Shown piece after piece: positions 42,282-49,266 of a stretch of DNA of 49,266 nucleotides. The number at the start of each line of letters is the position of its first letter. Within the stretch, counting starts at the first letter, position 1. This DNA comes from a virus. Both the position numbers and the translations under genes were made by a program. The DNA lies in IMG/VR virus record IMGVR_UViG_2710723508_000002, positions 1 to 49,266 of that record, one strand, 5' to 3'. Under the pieces are notes generated by a model. It was not told the origin of the DNA. It saw only the letters and a list, made by a program, of their open reading frames with translations, and ran no database searches.

Positions 42282-45200
42282 TTATATACTCTCGTAATAT
42301 GCTTTTGGTACAACTTTCCACTCCGAGTATGCACGTCGTGCAAACTCCTTGTCCCCTTGAATCACTGCGTTTCGATCAGCGTCGTCTTCGGCTTCGGCCA
42401 AAAGTGCTATTTTTTCTCGCTCTTCTGGGGTTGCAAATGAAATACTACGCAATTCTTTTCGAAGTTGGTCACTGAAAAGTGGTGTAGCAATACCAAACAT
42501 AGACATACTTACGTCGTACTTGTCAAGTGCCTGACTTGGTTCTGGCAGTCTTGCGACCACCGCCTTTACCACGTTGTTGTCCTTTCCTTCGAGAGCAGCA
42601 TTGACGATTGGGTCGTCATATCCAAACTTTTGTCGGATAGAAACTTCCTTAATAATCTCAGCTTTTTTGTCTGCTTTGTACTGAGCATCTCCTTCGACGT
42701 AGTCCTTTCCGTACACCTCAATCGCCATCTCGTTTATTTGTTCAGCTGTGATTTCACCATCGCCCTGTATTTGTGATTGCAACATCTCGGTTCGCTTTTC
42801 AGCGTTGGTGCGGTCGTCGTAGGCAATATCAAGATTACGTCCGATACTACCAAGTCCGGCAATATCTGGGGCGGTGAGGAATTGGTGTAATTGCTGAGTT
42901 CCAGGGAAACCAAGCACCATGAGAGTATTTTTAAGCACGTTGTATACCTCCTTGTTACTGGCTCCGTCCTTAAACAGGTTAGTGACATTCTCCGCAATTT
43001 TGTCAATGGCTTCAATACTAGGGTTGTTGATTCGGAGTCCTTCAAGAGAGCCGTCAAATCCAAGAAGGTACCCTGTTCCAGGAACACGTCCGGCAATAGC
43101 AACGAAGTATCGCTTCCACAGAGTTTGATCCTCGTCGTCTTCATAACCAAAGAGTGAGGAGAGCACCATGTACATGATGATTTCGTACGTTACAGCCATG
43201 CCAATATAACTCAAGTTTCCAGCCCCCTTTAGTAAACCTTTACTAGTCCCGTGCTTCTTAAGCTCCATGATGACACCGTCGTAGCGAGCGTTGTTAAAGG
43301 CATTAAAGATGAAAGAACTAAACGGTAAGAAGAATTTGGCGCTAGAGTTATTGAGGATTTGTGGACGATTCGCGACGTTGTGTGAAGACTGAGACAAAAT
43401 CATTATTTGTTCAGACCGGGCAATCGCTTCACTCTCTGACAGCCCTTGCTTCATATAGCCATTCTTCATCACGTTGAATACGGATGTAGCAACACGTATG
43501 TCAACTGTGCGAATACCGATATAGGCATGTTCACGATACTTCTGCCAGCCACGTGCCCAAGCATTTGGAGAGAAGACACCACGATACATACTTTGCATTT
43601 CAGCAATATCAATCTGGCCACCTTGGCGGTTTTGAAGTTCTTTACTACTAGCAACACTGGCATCTAGTTTCGCTTTATTGAGTGCCAAAGAAATAAGCTC
43701 TGGGAAGACTTTTGCTGCAGCTCTCCAGCCAAGCTCTTTGTGAACGTTCATCATTCCGTCAAACGCACCAGAAATCTGCACCAAAACAGTTGAAATTTTG
43801 TAACCAAGAATCGCTAAAGTGACGTTACCGCGCGCCCAGTCCATGATATTTTGCATCCAACTACGCTGACCACGGCCGTTGGTGGCGACGTCAGTAATGT
43901 ACTGACTCCAGTAATCGAGGGTGACTTTGTCAGCCTTGGCCTTGTATTCTTTTGAGTTCACAAGCGCCTTAATACTCTCAAGCTCTGGCTGTACCTTGGC
44001 GTAGAATACCTGCTTCTTTACCTGAGAAACAAACGTTCTGAAAATGTTGGTATCAAGCACACGGCCGACTTGGTTTGTACGTTCCATCGTGAAGCCTTGC
44101 GCAGTCTTCTTCACATCAAAGTCAAATACGTTTTCTTCAATCGTAAACGACTCCACATTTGAGTCGTAACTTAGTGGGAAATAGTTTTCAATATTCGGGA
44201 ATGGTCGGTTATTGATTGCTTCGTAGGTGGCAGCAATCTGGCCGCGAATATCTTTGAACACAGACTGCATGATTTCTAGCGCCGCTGACTCTTTCTCGGA
44301 GAGTGGTGTCGAAAAGTCCACCTTCTTGGCAGGGTCTTTTACCTGAGTGTTGTAGTAATCAACAAGTGCCTCAGCTTGGCTAGTGGCCTCCTGAGCCATT
44401 GCAGACTGATATGTGATACGAACCATCTCGTCGTCAGTAAACGACTCAGCGACCAATTTTAGGTCTTCTAGGGCATCTTTGATAACAAGGTTGGTTTCAA
44501 GTTCAGCTTCGTTAATAGCCTGGCGAACTGGCTCCACTAGCTGTTTATAGTTTTCGCCTTGGTAATCAGCAGCGCCGTCAATATAAGATGCCATACGAGC
44601 TGGGTCGTAGATTTTGGCAGAGGCTTTATCTGTGCCACGTCGCATACGGTTAATGAATGAGTTTGCATCCTTTCCGGGAACTTGTTTGTTGAATTGGTGG
44701 GTACTAGCGACTAGCTTAGAGATATTCTCAGCGAGTGTCTTCTCGTCTCGCGACTTCATCAACTTTTTCTTAAGCACACCCTGGTCATAGATACGTTCTA
44801 CCTCAGCCACAAGCGCAGTGAGTGTGGCGTCGTCTAATTTACCAATTGGTGTACGAGAAAGTCGCTGTAGGTTTTGAGCTACGTTTTCTGGAATTTCCCC
44901 TTCTTGTTTTGCAAAGAATTCAGCTGTCTCAGTCAGTTTCTTTTGAGTAGCGACGCTCATCGACACCAGGTCAATTGTTTCGTAGAGAGCCATCAAACGC
45001 TCTTGGTAATCCAACGGCAAATACGCACCTGTCTTGGTGGCTTTTTTAACCCGGCGGAAAATAGTTTTGAGGGTGTCAATTTTATCCTTACGTTCTCGCT
45101 TGATACGAGTCTCTTGGCGAATCTGTTGACGGCCAGCTACTGAACCGTCACGATAACCACGCTTCTCGCCCATAGTGACGTAGTACTCCTTGCGCATCAA

Positions 45201-48200
45201 AAACTTCTTGCGCATGTTAAGCCGCCGCTGCAAATCTCGCAGCGCTTTGTTGACAGTCTGACCTTGGCGACGTGAGGCAGCAATATCCTTTCTCAAGGTG
45301 CGCAAACGCTTCTTGGTTTCAGCCAATTCAGTCCGGCGTTCTAGGTAATCGTAGAGTTCCTTGGTAGTTACATCTGTCTCTTTCAAAGCGGCCTCTCCGG
45401 CCTTTGTAAGCGTCTTAGGGGGCTTTTTGGTAGTGAAGCGTGCCACTTTACGCACTTCGGTACTTGCTCCCTTCACAACGGTGGCCAGCATACCCTTAGT
45501 CTCCAGCTTCTGCCCGAGTTCGTCCTTCCATAAATCAGCGTCCTTCTCAAGTTGAGCAAGCTGAGTTGATGCTTGGTTGTGCTGGACAATTAGTTTTTGA
45601 GTATAAGCGTCGTCTGTTTCCTTCTTCTTCAATCGAACCTCATTTGGTGTATTGCGTAGATCCAACACACCTTCTTCAATAAACGATTGGACTAGGCCAG
45701 TGTTCTCCAAGAAAACCATTTGCGCGTTTACATCCTCACCAAACTCCAGCAGGTCGTAGTAATCCTTAATGATGTCTGGGTAGCCCTTAATAAAGTTCTT
45801 AAAAGAGCCATACAGCTTCTTAAGCAGCGCGTAGAATTTGCGGATGATGCCCTTGGCCTCGTAGGTATTCTGTCGGTAGGACTCGAAATTTTTAGCCAAA
45901 TCTTCTTCCACCTTTTCAATCTGTTGAGCATTCATTTTATCCAACTCAAAGAAACTCCAGCCAGACTGCATAGCCTGGGCGCGAAGCAGTTTCTCTCTAG
46001 TGATACCGTTCTTGACCATGATTGGAATACGGTGTGCATTCGCTACTGTGAGGTGGACTACCTCATGGCGGTCAGTATTTTCTACCGCGTCTTTTACAAG
46101 AGCAATCGTGTTGTCTGAGTACAAACCAAAAGCCTCAATGTTGTCTTGGTTTTTTGTGATAGCGTTTTCTTTGATACCAGCAAGAATGACGTCGGCATAC
46201 ACCACATCGAACGAAAGGTTCCACCGGTTGCGAATATCACTCAAAAAGGCAGACCGAGTGACGGTTTGCGAGTTTCTTTTGGACTTATTGGCACTGTCAA
46301 ACTTTGCAAAGTCTGAGATAAACTCCCGGCTCTGGTCAGACGAATTGACGTCGTGGCGCAGCTTATACATTGCCTTGCTAGGACTGTCTTCCACCACAAT
46401 GGCTTCAAAGATTTTATCAAAGCCTTCCATGACCATCTTGACCTCTTGCTCTCCGCGAGCGTATGGGTACACTTCTGCCAAGGTTGTATCTACGTCAGCA
46501 TGCTTTCGTAGACCTACAAGTGCGTTGTTTTCAACGCCAGCCTCCTGCATCTTATTGAAGATATACGACTCAAACATACGAGCCGACATTTCAATGTGAG
46601 TAGAAAAGTATGGCTTACTCTTATTTCCATCAGCTTTTTTAGAACGAGTGTACACGTCAGAAATTCCTACATTTAACATCAAATCTCTAAATGCGTTCTC
46701 TACCTCTTTTCGTTGGTACTTTAGTTTGTCCGACACAAAACCATAGACATCGCCATTGCGACGGCCAAGGTAGTTATCAAAAGCGTGCCACCACTCATGT
46801 GCGATTGAACCAATACCACCCTCTTTGGTTAGGTTGATTACAACAAAGTCTGGCTCATAGTGAGCAATTGCTCCCTTGCGGCCGCGAGAACCAAAAGCAA
46901 AACCTAGTTCGCCGTTAAGGGACAATGATTTGTCTGGCACTCCTAGTGTGTTTGCAAGCTCCTTAAACGCATCATACGCGAGGTTAAGACGCTCTTGACG
47001 CTCTTGTTGAGTCACCCAATTACCAAACTCAACACCTTTGAATCCGAAGGTGTTGCGGAAATCCTCAGCACTAATATCTTTGCCGTCTCGGTATGAACGT
47101 GACGATTCTAGTCCGGCTACACGGAAATTGTTTTCATCAAAACTGACTGACTCCGCAATTGACTTTACGTACTCCTGTAGCTTATCCGGGTCTTTGAGAG
47201 CCTCACGCGCTTCGGCAGCAGACGCAAAGACTTCAAATTCAACAAAGCGGCTACCTTTCTTAAAGGCGGTCATGATTTTAGAGCCTTGACGAAATACGCT
47301 TATGTAGTCTGCAAGGTCAAGTTGTTTCTTCCCGGCTTTTTCTTGTGCCATTTCCCCTTCCATCACCGCGTACACCTCTTCTATATTGGTTCCGTAGCTT
47401 TTATGCTGTCCCTGTTGAGTAGTGTAGTTTTTATTAAGTGTCTTGCCGTTCTTTCGCAGACTGTAAAATGTAACCGGTTCAGTATTTTGACTACTACTTG
47501 ACCTGCCCCTTTGAACAAAAACGGTATACTTCTGCACCTCTGGATTGTTCAAGAAATCAAACTTCTTATGAAGGTTGACGGTCGCACCGATACTGCTAGT
47601 CAGTTCTTTTTCTCCGGCTTTTTCTATCACTTCATTTAGCTTCTCAAATACCCCAGTCGCACCTTCGGTATTTTTATTGATTAGCATTTTACCAGCCACG
47701 TCACGCAAGAATTTTACATCTTTAATCCACTTTTCAGTCTTGAGTCGAGCATACCTACCAGTTGGCTTTTTAGGTAGCTCAGCGCGCATTGTAGCGTACA
47801 AAGAGAGTGCGTTTACATCTACACCAGCCTCAGCTAAAGCTGCAAAGTCAACGGATGGTAAAAGCTTTGCGACCGGCTGCGTCATGATGTCTGAGTCAGA
47901 CAAATCTTTGGTGTACTTCTCAGCAAGTGCTGCAAATTTATCTTTGGCAGCGCCTCCGATTTTTTTACCGACATCAACGTTTTTAACTGCAGTGGTATCT
48001 ACTTTTGGTGGGTTCTTTGACTTATCAGCTTTCTTTGCTGGCTTAGTCACTTTGCTTTTCTCCTCTAGAATTACTTTAGCGTCAGCCATTTGAATTTGCT
48101 CTACATCGAACACTACGTACTCATAAATAGTCTGACCGTTCTCATCTTTACCAAACGCAGAAACGATACCGTCAAAGCCAGCGTCAATCATTTTCTGTTT

Positions 48201-49266
48201 ATTCTCAATGTCGCTGTAAAGTCCGTCCTGTAATTCACCTAGAGTACCCAAATCAATCGCGTCATCTAAGTATTCCAATGCTTCTTTAGGGCTAATAGCT
48301 TTTTCACCAGATAGTAATTCGTATACAAATTCAGCTTGAGACTCTTTCGTGAGAATGCCAGCAAGAGTTAAGTCAAGTGGATTTTTAAGACTAAGCTTTG
48401 CTTTCTTTACTTGTGCAGGACGGTTATCGCCTTGTGGTCGGGTGTCTTCTACGAATTGCTTGGCTCGGGCTTCATCACCAATGAAGAACGTACCAAAACT
48501 GGCATTGTCCCATTGTGTGTTTTCGCCTACACGCTTTGCGTCAAACTTATCGAAGTCAGCAAGTGTACCGTGATACACCACGTCAGGAATTACAATAGCG
48601 TCTTCACTTTTTTTTTCAGTGGACGGTGTGTCGCCGTCTTCGTCAGCGTCGTCAGCTTTTTCTCGACGCATTAAATAGCCGTCTTCGTCAACTTGGTACA
48701 ACTGATATGTAGTATTTCCAGCTTTGAGCTTGCCGTCTTTGTCGATACTTTCAATCACCCAACGCTTGCCGTCGAGTTCGATAATCTCACCAACTTTACC
48801 CAAAGGTTTTGAGCTAGGGAGAACACCATAACCGAGTCCAATAAATGAACCCTCGTAGTTGATAGTGTTATTCATCGGGTCAGCCTTCTTAGCGTCGAGG
48901 TCTGTAGCAAGAATCTTGGGGAACTTTGTTGTTTTATCTAGTTCCGCAACTACGTCTGGCTGGTATTTTTCAGCTACATCTTTTGGAATTAACTTGTTTT
49001 TGTACAAAAACTTAATCACTGAAATGTCAGTAAATATAAGAAATTGTTTAGCTTCTTCTATGCCGTATTTTTCTTCTTGATATTCTCGCCACGCTTTTGC
49101 ACCCTCTAGGGTCATACCCTCAGTTTCAGTGTCTTGGTGAAAAAACTCTTTTTCTTTTTTTAGTAACAGTAAATACTGAGAAATTGCAACGTCATAGTCG
49201 TTGTTTGAACGCTTCAAAACTAGCTTAAACTGCTCTGCCAGTGACTTGTTTTTGTTAGTTTCGATA
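42282..49266 (-). CDS. Giant polyvalent protein, C-terminal part (about 2,300 codons). It is open to the right window edge, and 49177-49266 duplicates 1-90.
   Basis: The track ORF 42282-49217 begins at an internal TTG. The frame stays open upstream to base 49266 and is continuous with 1-3143 after the 90-bp overlap is removed. The combined ORF is 10,038 nt, encoding 3,345 aa. Confidence 0.9.
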   Translation of the reverse strand, partial: IETNKNKSLAEQFKLVLKRSNNDYDVAISQYLLLLKKEKEFFHQDTETEGMTLEGAKAWREYQEEKYGIEEAKQFLIFTDISVIKFLYKNKLIPKDVAEKYQPDVVAELDKTTKFPKILATDLDAKKADPMNNTINYEGSFIGLGYGVLPSSKPLGKVGEIIELDGKRWVIESIDKDGKLKAGNTTYQLYQVDEDGYLMRREKADDADEDGDTPSTEKKSEDAIVIPDVVYHGTLADFDKFDAKRVGENTQWDNASFGTFFIGDEARAKQFVEDTRPQGDNRPAQVKKAKLSLKNPLDLTLAGILTKESQAEFVYELLSGEKAISPKEALEYLDDAIDLGTLGELQDGLYSDIENKQKMIDAGFDGIVSAFGKDENGQTIYEYVVFDVEQIQMADAKVILEEKSKVTKPAKKADKSKNPPKVDTTAVKNVDVGKKIGGAAKDKFAALAEKYTKDLSDSDIMTQPVAKLLPSVDFAALAEAGVDVNALSLYATMRAELPKKPTGRYARLKTEKWIKDVKFLRDVAGKMLINKNTEGATGVFEKLNEVIEKAGEKELTSSIGATVNLHKKFDFLNNPEVQKYTVFVQRGRSSSSQNTEPVTFYSLRKNGKTLNKNYTTQQGQHKSYGTNIEEVYAVMEGEMAQEKAGKKQLDLADYISVFRQGSKIMTAFKKGSRFVEFEVFASAAEAREALKDPDKLQEYVKSIAESVSFDENNFRVAGLESSRSYRDGKDISAEDFRNTFGFKGVEFGNWVTQQERQERLNLAYDAFKELANTLGVPDKSLSLNGELGFAFGSRGRKGAIAHYEPDFVVINLTKEGGIGSIAHEWWHAFDNYLGRRNGDVYGFVSDKLKYQRKEVENAFRDLMLNVGISDVYTRSKKADGNKSKPYFSTHIEMSARMFESYIFNKMQEAGVENNALVGLRKHADVDTTLAEVYPYARGEQEVKMVMEGFDKIFEAIVVEDSPSKAMYKLRHDVNSSDQSREFISDFAKFDSANKSKRNSQTVTRSAFLSDIRNRWNLSFDVVYADVILAGIKENAITKNQDNIEAFGLYSDNTIALVKDAVENTDRHEVVHLTVANAHRIPIMVKNGITREKLLRAQAMQSGWSFFELDKMNAQQIEKVEEDLAKNFESYRQNTYEAKGIIRKFYALLKKLYGSFKNFIKGYPDIIKDYYDLLEFGEDVNAQMVFLENTGLVQSFIEEGVLDLRNTPNEVRLKKKETDDAYTQKLIVQHNQASTQLAQLEKDADLWKDELGQKLETKGMLATVVKGASTEVRKVARFTTKKPPKTLTKAGEAALKETDVTTKELYDYLERRTELAETKKRLRTLRKDIAASRRQGQTVNKALRDLQRRLNMRKKFLMRKEYYVTMGEKRGYRDGSVAGRQQIRQETRIKRERKDKIDTLKTIFRRVKKATKTGAYLPLDYQERLMALYETIDLVSMSVATQKKLTETAEFFAKQEGEIPENVAQNLQRLSRTPIGKLDDATLTALVAEVERIYDQGVLKKKLMKSRDEKTLAENISKLVASTHQFNKQVPGKDANSFINRMRRGTDKASAKIYDPARMASYIDGAADYQGENYKQLVEPVRQAINEAELETNLVIKDALEDLKLVAESFTDDEMVRITYQSAMAQEATSQAEALVDYYNTQVKDPAKKVDFSTPLSEKESAALEIMQSVFKDIRGQIAATYEAINNRPFPNIENYFPLSYDSNVESFTIEENVFDFDVKKTAQGFTMERTNQVGRVLDTNIFRTFVSQVKKQVFYAKVQPELESIKALVNSKEYKAKADKVTLDYWSQYITDVATNGRGQRSWMQNIMDWARGNVTLAILGYKISTVLVQISGAFDGMMNVHKELGWRAAAKVFPELISLALNKAKLDASVASSKELQNRQGGQIDIAEMQSMYRGVFSPNAWARGWQKYREHAYIGIRTVDIRVATSVFNVMKNGYMKQGLSESEAIARSEQIMILSQSSHNVANRPQILNNSSAKFFLPFSSFIFNAFNNARYDGVIMELKKHGTSKGLLKGAGNLSYIGMAVTYEIIMYMVLSSLFGYEDDEDQTLWKRYFVAIAGRVPGTGYLLGFDGSLEGLRINNPSIEAIDKIAENVTNLFKDGASNKEVYNVLKNTLMVLGFPGTQQLHQFLTAPDIAGLGSIGRNLDIAYDDRTNAEKRTEMLQSQIQGDGEITAEQINEMAIEVYGKDYVEGDAQYKADKKAEIIKEVSIRQKFGYDDPIVNAALEGKDNNVVKAVVARLPEPSQALDKYDVSMSMFGIATPLFSDQLRKELRSISFATPEEREKIALLAEAEDDADRNAVIQGDKEFARRAYSEWKVVPKAYYESI
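46548..47075 (-). other. Zincin-like metallopeptidase domain (MPTase-PolyVal type) in the giant ORF.
   Basis: FGFKGVEFGNWVTQQERQ ... AFGSRGRKGAIAHYEP..VINLTKEGGIGSIAHEWWHAFDNYL. The HExxH motif is at nt 46799-46785. Confidence 0.65.
48084..48596 (-). other. ART-like (ADP-ribosyltransferase of polyvalent proteins type) domain in the giant ORF.
   Basis: IPDVVYHGTLADFDKFD ... SFGTFFIGDEARAKQF ... GFDGIVSAF ... YEYVVFDVEQIQ. This matches my recollection of the H-Y-E ART-PolyVal pattern. No search was run. Confidence 0.5.
49177..49266. repeat. Terminal direct repeat copy B, identical to 1-90.
   Basis: Direct comparison of the window ends. Confidence 0.97.

Noticed and set aside
1-49266. CRISPR arrays, diversity-generating retroelements (TR/VR pair plus reverse transcriptase), transposases or IS elements, and toxin-antitoxin pairs.
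   Set aside because: I saw no regularly spaced direct repeats, no reverse-transcriptase or transposase motifs (YxDD or DDE contexts) in any ORF, and no long near-identical repeat pairs other than the terminal overlap.

Overview
The window appears to be a complete, circularly closed dsDNA tailed-phage genome with a unit length of 49,176 bp. Bases 1-90 are identical to 49177-49266, and a reading frame runs straight through that junction. About 64 tightly packed CDS are present, all on the minus strand except a three-gene plus-strand island at 26882-27545. In minus-strand order from the divergent control region at 26671-26881, the layout is as follows. (1) A membrane-anchored transglycosylase, a KH-domain RNA-binding protein and small zinc-ribbon proteins. 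(2) TerS, TerL, portal, scaffold, a decoration-like protein and the major capsid protein. (3) A block of fibre- and lectin-like proteins that carry N-terminal membrane anchors, followed by tail and fibre genes. (4) One giant 3,345-aa ORF that spans the window ends (3143->1, then 49176->42282). It carries an embedded beta-class DNA methyltransferase, an ART-like domain and an HEWWH zincin domain, the architecture of a polyvalent protein. (5) A holin/hydrolase/holin lysis cassette, then tRNA-Met(CAT) and tRNA-Tyr(GTA). (6) HNH, a DnaD-like replisome organizer with internal iterons, an MmcB-like nuclease, a C5 cytosine methyltransferase, ERF and a YqaJ-type exonuclease. (7) About 15 small unknown genes. 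(8) A promoter-driven noncoding locus at 27.6-28.2 kb. No DNA polymerase, primase, helicase, integrase, reverse transcriptase or CRISPR array is recognisable, and neither is a tape measure, sheath or tube. The most unusual element is an RNA locus at 28016-28193. It contains canonical tRNA D-arms and T-arms that cannot form linear cloverleaves. They fold consistently as two circularly permuted tRNA-like modules hanging from a 12-17 bp terminal helix that ends in ...GCACCA. This topology resembles the tRNA-mimic (YrlA-type) bacterial and phage Y RNAs, but no Ro/Rsr gene is present. Other notable points: Shine-Dalgarno sequences are nearly absent from minus-strand genes, whereas all three plus-strand island genes have strong ones. 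There is also a candidate promoter-to-terminator sRNA upstream of the replication gene, and tandem terminators precede the capsid genes. All calls come from reading the sequence and the ORF track by eye. No database search or folding program was run.
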